From a virus (Duplodnaviria > Caudoviricetes), in IMG/VR virus record IMGVR_UViG_3300028394_000003, positions 1 through 63,708 of that record: a DNA stretch of 63,708 nucleotides; one strand, given 5' to 3'. Shown here piece by piece: positions 25,884-34,758 of the stretch. Both the position numbers and the translations under genes were made by a program. Every line of letters begins with the position of its first letter. Within the stretch, counting starts at the first letter, position 1. The notes beneath the pieces are model-generated. The model did not search any database. It had not been told where the DNA came from and saw only the letters and a program-made list of their open reading frames with translations.

Positions 25884-26011
25884 TGTTTTATAAAACCCGG
25901 GGCGAGGAATACAGCGCCTCGTTTGATGACATTAAACGGGCCCGGGCGTTTGCCCGGTTTGTAGGCGGCAAGCTGGAGAGCCGTCTGTCATGCATTTTTA
26001 ATAAACTATAA
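25874..26011 (+). CDS. Small early protein (45 aa, not in ORF track)
   Basis: RBS ggagg; MFIVFYKTRGEEY... Confidence 0.55.
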   Translation: MFIVFYKTRGEEYSASFDDIKRARAFARFVGGKLESRLSCIFNKL

Positions 26012-26023
26012 GGACACACCACC

Positions 26024-26362
26024 ATGTCACACCACGGAAACCACCACAAAGCGAGTGACACGCTTTTGTTTGTTTTTTGGTCAACGGTAATTTATGTAAT
26101 TGTCGGCTATGTCATAAAGCTAATCAAGCACTACCCGCTTTATGCTGCGGTGCTTGGCAGCTTGGCCACGGTCTCACTAATAGTGTGGGGCCTAGTAATT
26201 AACCCACTGTTTACCATCCAACTTATAGGCGCGTTGATTGGCATATTTATTGTATGCACCTTAATCGTATGCGTGCCGCTTTGGCTTTGGGCACGATTTA
26301 CCGCTTTACCAATAGTACAAAAGATCACTCAACTTAACAGGAGAATGCGCAATGATCACTGA
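26024..26362 (+). CDS. Early membrane protein (about 3 TM helices)
   Basis: Strongly hydrophobic segments; RBS aagga. Confidence 0.65.
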   Translation: MSHHGNHHKASDTLLFVFWSTVIYVIVGYVIKLIKHYPLYAAVLGSLATVSLIVWGLVINPLFTIQLIGALIGIFIVCTLIVCVPLWLWARFTALPIVQKITQLNRRMRNDH

Positions 26363-26540
26363 ACACTCAAAGAAAATCGCCTACGCTGAGGGCTATCACG
26401 AAGGCATGCTGGGCACGGAGTTCGACAACCCTTACGAGGACTTCGAGCTGCGCGTGCAGTTTAACTACGGTTACCGCTGTGCGACTGACCGTATCGATTC
26501 ATTAACCTCAAAACATTCCCAGGAGCTCTACTATGAATAA
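26352..26540 (+). CDS. Small protein with RMF-like motif
   Basis: AYAEGYHEGMLG...NPY....R.QF..GY. Confidence 0.55.
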   Translation: MITEHSKKIAYAEGYHEGMLGTEFDNPYEDFELRVQFNYGYRCATDRIDSLTSKHSQELYYE

Positions 26541-26748
26541 ATTTGATAAGGTATATAACGACCAATGCGCGCAGTTGTGGAACCCACCGGTAGATGCACC
26601 AGTGCATTATGAAGTCCAGGTGTGTCCATTCGGTGGTGGCACCTATGAGATATACAAGCGCAAGGGCGGCTTAGGTATGCCGTATGACCGTAAGCGTTTT
26701 AAAACCCGTGCTGAAGCGCAGGCACATTTTGAGGAGTTAGGACTATGA
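26533..26748 (+). CDS. Early hypothetical protein
   Basis: RBS aggag; overlapping gene chain. Confidence 0.65.
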   Translation: MNKFDKVYNDQCAQLWNPPVDAPVHYEVQVCPFGGGTYEIYKRKGGLGMPYDRKRFKTRAEAQAHFEELGL

Positions 26749-27014
26749 GCACCATGTACAACGTATTTACGATTGAGTTTGATAACAAAAAACCAAGCCG
26801 GGCCCAAGTGCTTAAAAAAGTACAGTCGGCCATTAAAGACGGCCACAAGGCCATAGAGGTCCTGTGGGGCGAGAACTGGTTACAGCTGGACTTCCACCCC
26901 AGCCACCACAAATGGTACGGCAGCGGCTGGATTAAAGACATTGGCGGGGACGCTATTGTCGACACGCTAAACGAGCAACATAAAAACGAATTACTTAACC
27001 TATGGAATACTTAA
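26745..27014 (+). CDS. Early hypothetical protein
   Basis: ATGA overlap with upstream gene. Confidence 0.65.
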   Translation: MSTMYNVFTIEFDNKKPSRAQVLKKVQSAIKDGHKAIEVLWGENWLQLDFHPSHHKWYGSGWIKDIGGDAIVDTLNEQHKNELLNLWNT

Positions 27015-27015
27015 A

Positions 27016-27324
27016 ATGATGACACTAAACGACATTGAGAAAATTGAAAACGGTAACGATGATGACACGCTTGAAGACCACTACCTTGCACTACAACGCA
27101 CCATTAACAGCGGTACGGCGTGGGCCATGCAGGGGTCTTATGGACGTGCCATGATGGACGCCATAGAGTACGGCCACTGTATGCTTGGGCGCGATCAGGC
27201 CCGTGACTACTACGGCCACACAATCCCATCACGGGACGACGTTAAGCAGGGCACCAAGGGGACGTACGAGTACGTCATTAAACATTCTGGCCTCGAGTGG
27301 GCCGAACTAATGCTGGAGGTATAA
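27016..27324 (+). CDS. Early hypothetical protein
   Basis: INSGTAWAMQGSYGRA motif seen in phage early proteins. Confidence 0.7.
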   Translation: MMTLNDIEKIENGNDDDTLEDHYLALQRTINSGTAWAMQGSYGRAMMDAIEYGHCMLGRDQARDYYGHTIPSRDDVKQGTKGTYEYVIKHSGLEWAELMLEV

Positions 27325-27325
27325 C

Positions 27326-27559
27326 ATGAGTAAATTAGAACCTTGCATTACATGCGAGAAAAAAAGTTTGTGTGGGTACGAAGACATGGCCTGCATGGCA
27401 TTTGTTGGATTTGTTTGTCGTGGTGACTACCATGAAGAGGACAAGCAAAACCCCAACGCATGGAATTATTTAATGATTTACCACCAAACATCCGAAGACC
27501 CAATGTACTGGATGTATAATGAGCACATGAGCAAGAAAAGGAAGGCAGCAAATGTTTAA
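27326..27559 (+). CDS. Small Cys-rich protein
   Basis: PCITC...C...C..F; RBS ggagg. Confidence 0.6.
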   Translation: MSKLEPCITCEKKSLCGYEDMACMAFVGFVCRGDYHEEDKQNPNAWNYLMIYHQTSEDPMYWMYNEHMSKKRKAANV

Positions 27560-27695
27560 TTACTACTGCAACAACCACGGCTTTGACTTGTACGAAGACG
27601 CACGCAGCTACGCGGACTTGTTACTAACTCGGTACCGCGTGTATAAATGCATCTTCACAAAAGCCGAGATGGAATCAATGACTGTAGAGGCATAA
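27552..27695 (+). CDS. Small hypothetical protein (47 aa, not in ORF track)
   Basis: Overlaps the upstream stop and fills the gap. Confidence 0.5.
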   Translation: MFNYYCNNHGFDLYEDARSYADLLLTRYRVYKCIFTKAEMESMTVEA

Positions 27696-27745
27696 ACCAA
27701 ACCAAGTATTTTTGATATAATTAACAACAACAAAAAGGAATCACC

Positions 27746-28012
27746 ATGAACATGACAGAAAAAATTGACGAGTTAGGTATTTTAGTAAAAGAGATTGCAC
27801 AGCGTGAGGCTGCAGCTCGGGCTATCAAGGCAGAGTTAATCGCCTTGGGCGCTGGCAAGTACGAGGGGCTACAGTTCTTTGCAGAGGTGCAGCACTACGA
27901 CCGCGCAACGATTAGCCCAACGCTAGTACGCAAGCTCAGCAATGAAGAGTTTGTTGCCAGTGTTACAGAGGTTAAGGCAATCGACGCCGTAGTAGTCAAA
28001 GCAATCGAATAA
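27746..28012 (+). CDS. Hypothetical protein
   Basis: RBS aagga; TATAAT just upstream; IDELG coiled coil. Confidence 0.7.
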   Translation: MNMTEKIDELGILVKEIAQREAAARAIKAELIALGAGKYEGLQFFAEVQHYDRATISPTLVRKLSNEEFVASVTEVKAIDAVVVKAIE

Positions 28013-28021
28013 GGAAAACAC

Positions 28022-28591
28022 GTGGCTGACAATGACATAAAGACGGACTACCTGCAGTCACTTTTTGGCATTGAGCCACTAACCATGAAAGAAGAGCACG
28101 CACTCGGTGCTCGCATAGCCAAGGGTGACAGCCTTGCGCTAGATAAACTTGTAACCCACAACTTACGCTTTGTGCCACACGTGGTCTGTAAGACTACGTA
28201 CTGGCAGCACGGCAAGATGCCGCTGGAGGACCTGCTCGCCATTGGTAATGAGCAGCTGCTCATCGCGGCCAAGCGCTGGAAGCCTATGAAGCATATTAGG
28301 TTCTCGGCGTTTGCCAGGTCATTCATACTGCGTGGACTACAGCGCGAGCTGGACAACACGGCAAACATCATCAGATTACCCATCAACATCATGGAAGAAC
28401 TAAAGCGCATGAATTATAACGAGCGCATGCTACTACAGGAACTGGGGCGTAAGCCACTGGTATCTGAGATAGCAAAGACGATGGACGTAAGAGAGTCAAG
28501 GATTCACCAGCTCAAAGGTTTTATAGCCAGAGAGCCAGTGAGTTTAGACAACATTGAGAATGACAAGTTTTTTGAGGAAAATGATGATTAA
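28022..28591 (+). CDS. Sigma70-family factor with regions 1.2-3 only (no region 4)
   Basis: LTMKEEHALG (1.2), LVTHNLRFV (2.1), EDLLAIGNEQL (2.2), RFSAFA (2.3), IIRLP, LLQELGRKP..EIA, PVSLD (3.2), then stop. Confidence 0.85.
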   Translation: MADNDIKTDYLQSLFGIEPLTMKEEHALGARIAKGDSLALDKLVTHNLRFVPHVVCKTTYWQHGKMPLEDLLAIGNEQLLIAAKRWKPMKHIRFSAFARSFILRGLQRELDNTANIIRLPINIMEELKRMNYNERMLLQELGRKPLVSEIAKTMDVRESRIHQLKGFIAREPVSLDNIENDKFFEENDD

Positions 28592-28931
28592 TTTGACAGA
28601 TAAGCAACTCCGGGCTTATCAGCGGTATATCAAGGCGCGTAACCGTGTTGGTCTTGTGCGTACCAAAGACTTTAACGCTAACAGCTACGTGCCACACCGG
28701 GACTACACTAGTACGGTGGACATAGTAGGAATGAATCACCCGTTGTTCGAGTTAAACGAGGAGTGGGCCGAGTACAAGGAGGCATCACAGATGTGGTGGG
28801 ACATAGAGCCAGAGTTCCGTAAAAGAGAGCGCATGAGCTCGATTAGGGGCGACTATGGTATACCAGACAGCTGGGAAGAGATAAACTCCCGGGTGCCGGA
28901 CATATTTTCAGTTATAAAGGACGAAAAATAA
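28581..28931 (+). CDS. Hypothetical protein
   Basis: RBS gagg before ATG at 28581. Confidence 0.65.
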   Translation: MMINLTDKQLRAYQRYIKARNRVGLVRTKDFNANSYVPHRDYTSTVDIVGMNHPLFELNEEWAEYKEASQMWWDIEPEFRKRERMSSIRGDYGIPDSWEEINSRVPDIFSVIKDEK

Positions 28932-29143
28932 TGAAACAGCAATCAGGCGGACTAGTTACACCGGTGGACGTGTACGACGCAGACGGTGCCCTATTAAGAA
29001 TTGAGGGGATTAATTCTGCAGGTGATACGGTGGTGGATGTAGTATGGGATCCACAGGACGAACAGACCAACGACAAGCGGGTCGAGTTTAGAAAGTGGGC
29101 TTACAGGATGTTAAACCAGATGGGCTATGAGGTAAAATCATGA
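28931..29143 (+). CDS. Hypothetical protein
   Basis: TAATG overlap with upstream gene. Confidence 0.65.
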   Translation: MKQQSGGLVTPVDVYDADGALLRIEGINSAGDTVVDVVWDPQDEQTNDKRVEFRKWAYRMLNQMGYEVKS

Positions 29144-29237
29144 GAAGGAATAACAAGGACTTGGCGTTTAAGCTGTTTTTGATGTTTACGGCGATCTATT
29201 TTCTGGGTCATTTGGCCCACGCGCTGTATAAAGTATA

Positions 29238-29399
29238 AAAGTGCAAGGGTTGCGAGGCTTATTTAGTCCATGTCACCCAATATAATATTTTTTTTAATTT
29301 TTTTTAAAAAAGAGTTAAAAGGGTCTACAACCCTAGCAACCCTAGCACTGGATTCATAAGCCATTGATTTTATTAGAAACAGATGAGAACCGTTATCAT
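29238..29399. repeat. Origin-like element copy 2, directly upstream of the primase-helicase gene
   Basis: Same layout as 23375-23535; IHF-like 29357-29369, Fur-like 29384-29398. Confidence 0.7.
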
Positions 29400-29441
29400 T
29401 CACCATAATTTGCATTAATATACCCAATTAGAGAGGGCAAA

Positions 29442-31742
29442 ATGAGCAACAAACCAATCTGCTTACCAGTTCAGTTTGACCAGATACCCATTGAACTCAA
29501 GCAAACCCCCAGATGGGTGCTATGGCGCCTTGTTGAAGTTGGCGAAGAGGGAAACAAGAGATGGTCCAAGCTGCCAACCCAAAACAACGGCCAGCCTGCC
29601 TCATCAACCAACCCCAGCACGTGGACTGACTTCGTTACCGTACAGCACGCCTACCAGACTAGCAACAACAAATACGACGGCGTTGGCTTTGTGTTTACCG
29701 ACGACGATGACGTCATTGGTGTCGACTTAGATGACTGCTATGACGCCGACATGGGCGTTTTCACAAATGCTGCACTGCAGCATATTGCGGACCAGATTGA
29801 TGGATACATGGAAGTCAGCCCGTCAGGGACTGGCGTAAAGATATTCACACGGGCCAACCTACCGGCCAGCCACGTTGACCACGCTATTGGACTGGAGATC
29901 TACCCTAAGTCACGGTACTTCACCGTCACGGGTCACTACATCAAGGGCCAGATACCAACCGAGCCGCAGAACTTGACCGAGATCGTGCCGCCGCGCACCA
30001 TCAGCCAGACTGGGGATAAGTTCGCTGACTATGTGGCGCCGCTAGAAGAGTACGACCTCAAGCGTGTAGAGGACGAGCTACTAGCCAAATACAGCGACTA
30101 CGGCTACGATAACTGGCTCAAGATAGGCATGATCCTGCACCACCAGTTTGAGGGCTCAGAGGACGCGCTAGAGGCTTGGGACCGCTGGAGTTCAAACGGT
30201 CCTAAGTACCACTTGAACGCGTGTGAGGATAAGTGGCGCGGGTTTAAGGGCACCGGTGCGACGTTACGCTCGCTGATCTTCATGGTCAACCAAGAGGAGC
30301 GCACTGAGGCCATGGCAGCGGGGACCATCATCCTTGACGCTGGGCCACTGAACCACGCCAGAACTTTTTTGGAGAACTTCTACACGGCTGAAGAAGGATA
30401 TAAATTAGTGCACTACTCAGACGAGTTTTTTGTGTACATGGGCGCTAACTACGAGATCATCGAAGAGCAGACCATTCGCTCTAAACTGTATACGTTCTTG
30501 GACAAGTGTAAGAAGTCGGGCAAGCAGGGATCGTTGGCGCCGTTTAACCCAACCCCCGCGTCGGTATCTGCAGCACTGGACGCGGTTAAGTCTATTGTGC
30601 ACCTGCCTAACCACCCGAACACCAAGCCACCGATCTGGTTAGATGGCTACGCAGCATCCAAGCCGGCGTCGTTTAAGTTGGTGAGTATGCTAAACGGTAT
30701 CTTTCACTTAGAGGACGGTATCTTGTTGCCGCACTCACTGGGCTTCTTTACACCAAACTCGTTACCGTTTGCGTACGACTCTAACGCTGAATGCCCAACG
30801 TGGATTAAGTTCTTGAAATCATTATGGCCAGACGACCAAGAGTCGATTGACTGCCTGCAAGAGATGATGGGCTACATCCTATCGGGTGACACGCGTCAGC
30901 AAAAAATGTTTAATATGATAGGCCCACGCCGTTCAGGCAAGGGGACGATTAACAAGGTGCTGGTATCGCTGTTAGGTCAGCACAATACCGTGGCGCCAGA
31001 ACTGGGAGAACTTTGTGATACTTTTGGTCTACAGCCTTGGATTAATAAGCTGCTTGCTTCTTTTACGGATGCAAGAGCACCCGAGCGCAATCGTGGCGCT
31101 GTTGTTAGTCAGTTGTTACGCATCGTTGGTGGCGATACTGTTACAGTCAACCGGAAAAATAAAGACGCTTGGAATGGTTATCTACCCACTCGTATCGTAA
31201 TCTATTCTAACGAGGCACTGCAGCTGACAGAGAACTCAAACGCCTTAACGGGTCGGATGATTGTCTTTAAGATGACGCACTCGTTTTGGAAGATTGAAGA
31301 TGCAGACTTATCACTTAAATTAGATAAGGAACTGTCTGGCATCTTTAACTGGGCCATGGAGGGATTAAAACGCCGTATAGCACGCGGTGGTTACTTTATC
31401 CAGCCAGAGACAGGTAGAGAGTACCTTGAACTGATGGCCGAGCTTGGCAACCCGATTGGGTCATTCGTAGAGGATACGTTGATCTTTGACAAGGAGTCCA
31501 GCGTTGAAAAGGATGACGTGTTTGCTTGTTACAAGCACTGGGCCCAGAGAAAAGGAATGCACCCAGGCGCGGAGCAGGCGTTTAAGCGTCGGTTCTTATC
31601 TGCCACACAGGAGCATTTTGTACGGGCCGAGCAGATGCAAAAGAACGGTGACCGCAACCAAGTGTATTTAGGTGTAAGATTCAACGATAAAGCCGAGAAG
31701 TATTTACAAAGTATAGTTTCATTTGACGAAGGAGTTTACTAA
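29442..31742 (+). CDS. Primase-polymerase / PriCT-2 / D5-type SF3 helicase
   Basis: GVGFV..DDVIGVDLDDC, EVSPSGTG, YDNWLKIGMILH, Walker A GPRRSGKGT. Confidence 0.9.
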   Translation: MSNKPICLPVQFDQIPIELKQTPRWVLWRLVEVGEEGNKRWSKLPTQNNGQPASSTNPSTWTDFVTVQHAYQTSNNKYDGVGFVFTDDDDVIGVDLDDCYDADMGVFTNAALQHIADQIDGYMEVSPSGTGVKIFTRANLPASHVDHAIGLEIYPKSRYFTVTGHYIKGQIPTEPQNLTEIVPPRTISQTGDKFADYVAPLEEYDLKRVEDELLAKYSDYGYDNWLKIGMILHHQFEGSEDALEAWDRWSSNGPKYHLNACEDKWRGFKGTGATLRSLIFMVNQEERTEAMAAGTIILDAGPLNHARTFLENFYTAEEGYKLVHYSDEFFVYMGANYEIIEEQTIRSKLYTFLDKCKKSGKQGSLAPFNPTPASVSAALDAVKSIVHLPNHPNTKPPIWLDGYAASKPASFKLVSMLNGIFHLEDGILLPHSLGFFTPNSLPFAYDSNAECPTWIKFLKSLWPDDQESIDCLQEMMGYILSGDTRQQKMFNMIGPRRSGKGTINKVLVSLLGQHNTVAPELGELCDTFGLQPWINKLLASFTDARAPERNRGAVVSQLLRIVGGDTVTVNRKNKDAWNGYLPTRIVIYSNEALQLTENSNALTGRMIVFKMTHSFWKIEDADLSLKLDKELSGIFNWAMEGLKRRIARGGYFIQPETGREYLELMAELGNPIGSFVEDTLIFDKESSVEKDDVFACYKHWAQRKGMHPGAEQAFKRRFLSATQEHFVRAEQMQKNGDRNQVYLGVRFNDKAEKYLQSIVSFDEGVY

Positions 31743-31891
31743 TGGAAAAGAATGACGAGAAGATGTTTTTTGCCGCGATGGCGTTAGTTGGTTTAGTTAT
31801 GCGTGGAGAATCACCCATTGAAACAGCCGAACGAGCTTGGGCTTATGCTGACGCGATGGTTGACCACAAACTAAAGGACGACAATGAATAA
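31742..31891 (+). CDS. Small protein (49 aa), FAAxA...AxxxADAM family (not in ORF track)
   Basis: MEKNDEKMFFAAMALVG...AWAYADAMV; RBS aggag. Confidence 0.65.
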   Translation: MEKNDEKMFFAAMALVGLVMRGESPIETAERAWAYADAMVDHKLKDDNE

Positions 31892-32060
31892 CATCGACCT
31901 GCGTGATTACATAGCAACACGATTAATGCAGGGCATCGTAACAGCCGATTGGAAGTTTGACATCAAAGATAAGACATGGGACGAACAGGCAGTAAAGCGA
32001 GCCTATGAGTTGGCAGATAAGATGCTGGCCGAACGCGAGATTACTAACGTACAACATTAA
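31884..32060 (+). CDS. Small protein (58 aa), LRDY...AYxxADxML family (not in ORF track)
   Basis: MNNIDLRDYIATRLMQG...AYELADKMLAER. Confidence 0.7.
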   Translation: MNNIDLRDYIATRLMQGIVTADWKFDIKDKTWDEQAVKRAYELADKMLAEREITNVQH

Positions 32061-32311
32061 TGTTAGAGTTTAATTTCCGTAAGACAGTTGCAAGAAATAA
32101 TTTTACTAAGATTTTTGGTAGGGTTGGTGCTCGGCGTACGGTCATTAGGCACCCTAAAAAGTGTCTAATGACCAAGCGTTTTAAGTTACAGGCGATACGC
32201 CGCGCCCACCAAGGATGGCGTAATGTTACGTTCAGCATGCTGCACGGTTTAAAAATCAGATTGAAGTACGGCAGACGCACGCCGATTAAGTGGTACGGGA
32301 GAACACCATGA
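32060..32311 (+). CDS. Very basic hypothetical protein
   Basis: TAATG overlap; Arg/Lys-rich. Confidence 0.55.
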   Translation: MLEFNFRKTVARNNFTKIFGRVGARRTVIRHPKKCLMTKRFKLQAIRRAHQGWRNVTFSMLHGLKIRLKYGRRTPIKWYGRTP

Positions 32312-32481
32312 GGTTTATTGTTTCAGATAATTTAGGTGAACTAAGACGCTTTAATTGGCTAGACGAAGCTAAACGTTTTGTGGGTGATGATCCTGAAATG
32401 TTTATTACCAAACTACCAACTCCAGTTAAACAAAATCCATACATAATGGCACAACAACTATTAGGAGCAGCACTGATATGA
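32308..32481 (+). CDS. Hypothetical protein
   Basis: ATGA overlap at 32308; RBS ggag. Confidence 0.6.
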   Translation: MRFIVSDNLGELRRFNWLDEAKRFVGDDPEMFITKLPTPVKQNPYIMAQQLLGAALI

Positions 32482-32663
32482 AAGAGAACTTATACAAGGT
32501 AGGACTAGGTGTACTTTTTGTCGCGTTGATTATTTCGTTTGGCACCCGCAACATTGGGCGCGAATGCCCCAAAGTAACAGTGGAGCCATACACGCAGAAT
32601 CAAATGGTTAACGGCTGCGTGATGCAGAAGTCAGGCGGCACATGGCTTAGGACATGCGGATAA
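32478..32663 (+). CDS. Small membrane-anchored protein
   Basis: N-terminal TM; RBS aggag. Confidence 0.6.
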   Translation: MKENLYKVGLGVLFVALIISFGTRNIGRECPKVTVEPYTQNQMVNGCVMQKSGGTWLRTCG

Positions 32664-32669
32664 ATAAAA

Positions 32670-32834
32670 ATGCAATTAACTAAAGAATATTTATACATGA
32701 GTCAGGATGAAGTTGCCGCGGCGTTGAACATTAACCGCAAAGCAGTTTTGGATGCAGAACGATCGGGCATTGAAAAAATCCGCAAGGCGCTTGAAGAACG
32801 TGGCATTGACATTAAAATGTTATTAGGAGATTAA
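32670..32834 (+). CDS. Stand-alone sigma region 4.2-like HTH protein (54 aa, not in ORF track)
   Basis: MSQDEVAAALNINRKAVLDAERSGIEKIRKAL. Confidence 0.7.
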   Translation: MQLTKEYLYMSQDEVAAALNINRKAVLDAERSGIEKIRKALEERGIDIKMLLGD

Positions 32835-33053
32835 ATGAAAATTATTAAGAGAATGTACAACGTAGTATTTAGCCCACCAAGTTCATTGGAGTTGGCTAGG
32901 GACGAGCTAGAAAAGTCACGTAAGGCTTTCCTATTAAACAAAACGCACACCGAGTTCTATGCCGCACAGGTAGACTTTGAGACCAAGCGCATCAAGCGGC
33001 TCGAGGAATACATTAGTGATATGGAACCATCGGCAAGGGCCAAATCAAAATGA
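32835..33053 (+). CDS. Hypothetical coiled-coil protein
   Basis: RBS aggag. Confidence 0.65.
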   Translation: MKIIKRMYNVVFSPPSSLELARDELEKSRKAFLLNKTHTEFYAAQVDFETKRIKRLEEYISDMEPSARAKSK

Positions 33054-33271
33054 GCTTTACAATATACCAAGCAGACGGGCTAAAAGTTATTCAATACTTC
33101 TTTAATATAGAAGAACTTATTAAAGCAATGCTTAATAACCCGCATGATGCGTATCACAGGAATGCAAAATGACACTAGAAGAAGCCCTACTACAAATTGA
33201 AGTATTAAAAAAGCAGCTCGAGCTGTATCAGTACAGCTACGGCCAAATGGTTAAACAGATGAAAGAACTAA

Positions 33272-33493
33272 ATGACAACACCAAAAAAGATTGAGTTTGA
33301 AGAGGGCTGCTTTGATAACCTCGAAGACGACCTGACTCAAGAGGAGATGGAGGCGCTAGTCCAAGGCATACACCAACTGCTCGAGACCGGTGAGATATTT
33401 GAAAACGCCATTCCAGTTGAGGACCTGCCTGAAGAAGAGCAGGAAGCAATTGCACGTATGTTTGAGCGCAAAGCAAAACGAACAAGGCACTAA
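33272..33493 (+). CDS. Acidic hypothetical protein
   Basis: Glu/Asp-rich ORF in operon. Confidence 0.65.
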   Translation: MTTPKKIEFEEGCFDNLEDDLTQEEMEALVQGIHQLLETGEIFENAIPVEDLPEEEQEAIARMFERKAKRTRH

Positions 33494-34078
33494 ATGCTAA
33501 AGAAAAAAAAGAAATACGACTACTACAAACTGGACGTTGGTTTTTATCCTGATGTGATGAAGCTATGCTTTGACAACAAGGTATTCCAAGAGATACTCAA
33601 AGACCACGACATCAAGCTAAAGACCAGCGCGTTAGATATTGGTATGGCCGAGACGCACCAGATTGGCGACGGCAAAGAGGGCATTATTATCTTGGTGTTT
33701 GACCTGACCGACATGGGCGATGATATGGCCCTAATAGTCGACACCATAGCGCATGAGGTCAGTCACGCAGTTGACCATTTGGCAGAGTTTATTGGTGAAG
33801 AGAACAACTTTGTCGGAGAGACACGGGCCTACCTAACTGGCTCATTGATGAAACAAATTTTTAAAATAACAATGAGCGAGAAAGATAAAAATGCTAGAAA
33901 AGCAAATCGAAAAGTTCTTAGTAAAAAGAGTAGTAGAGTCGGACGGGATAACGTTCAAGTGGATCAGCACGGTCTCGGGGGTACCGGATCGCATAGTGTT
34001 GCTGAACTCGAAAGTATTATTCGTAGAGCTGAAGACGGAGACGGGAAAACTGTCGGGTCGGCAGATCCTAGTATTTGA
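33494..34078 (+). CDS. HExxH zinc-metallopeptidase-like protein
   Basis: TIAHEVSHAVDH...ETRAY. Confidence 0.6.
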   Translation: MLKKKKKYDYYKLDVGFYPDVMKLCFDNKVFQEILKDHDIKLKTSALDIGMAETHQIGDGKEGIIILVFDLTDMGDDMALIVDTIAHEVSHAVDHLAEFIGEENNFVGETRAYLTGSLMKQIFKITMSEKDKNARKANRKVLSKKSSRVGRDNVQVDQHGLGGTGSHSVAELESIIRRAEDGDGKTVGSADPSI

Positions 34079-34169
34079 TCAAATAGGCGAACAGGGATTC
34101 CCCGTTCATATTCTACGTAGCTACGAAGACATCGAGGAGTTCATTCGTGAAGCGCTGCATAACTTGTAA
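33891..34169 (+). CDS. VRR-NUC domain nuclease
   Basis: EKQIE, GVPDRIV, FVELKT..GKLS..Q. Confidence 0.85.
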   Translation: MLEKQIEKFLVKRVVESDGITFKWISTVSGVPDRIVLLNSKVLFVELKTETGKLSGRQILVFDQIGEQGFPVHILRSYEDIEEFIREALHNL

Positions 34170-34758
34170 AATAAATAAGAAAAATTCTGAGTTTTATGAC
34201 AATCCTAGTAAAAAGGACAAGTTGCATAACGAATGCATTTTATGTCTTAATATAAGGTCAAAAAAATCTCAGCTTAAAAATAGATACAATCTTACAATGG
34301 AGCAAAAAGACAATTTAATATTGCAACAAAATAATTGTTGTGCGATTTGTGGTGAAAAATTTGTTTCTTCAAAGCACACACACGTAGACCATTGTCACAA
34401 AACAAACAAAGTACGTCAAATTTTATGCACTAACTGTAATAGAGGGCTTGGTTGTTTTAATGATGATCGAGAAATATTAAAAAAGGCAGACGGTTACTTG
34501 GAATACCATGATAAAGAGAACACAGCTGCACCAATACCAACAAGACCTAATAAAAAAGGCAAAGACGACACCCAACCTGGGACTATTCCTACCCCCCGGG
34601 CTGGGGAAGACGGCGACAACATTGACCATCATAGCGGAACAATTCGAAGGCAAGACGCTTATCATAGCCCCCAAGCGAGTAGCCCAGACGGTATGGGACG
34701 CGGAAATAAACAAGTGGCAACATCTCAGCAACTTGACCTGCTCGAAAATATTAGGTAG
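34147..34758 (+). CDS. Endonuclease VII-like HNH (homing) endonuclease
   Basis: CAICG...HVDHCHKT.KVR.ILC..CNRGLG; locally AT-rich. Confidence 0.85.
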   Translation: MKRCITCKINKKNSEFYDNPSKKDKLHNECILCLNIRSKKSQLKNRYNLTMEQKDNLILQQNNCCAICGEKFVSSKHTHVDHCHKTNKVRQILCTNCNRGLGCFNDDREILKKADGYLEYHDKENTAAPIPTRPNKKGKDDTQPGTIPTPRAGEDGDNIDHHSGTIRRQDAYHSPQASSPDGMGRGNKQVATSQQLDLLENIR

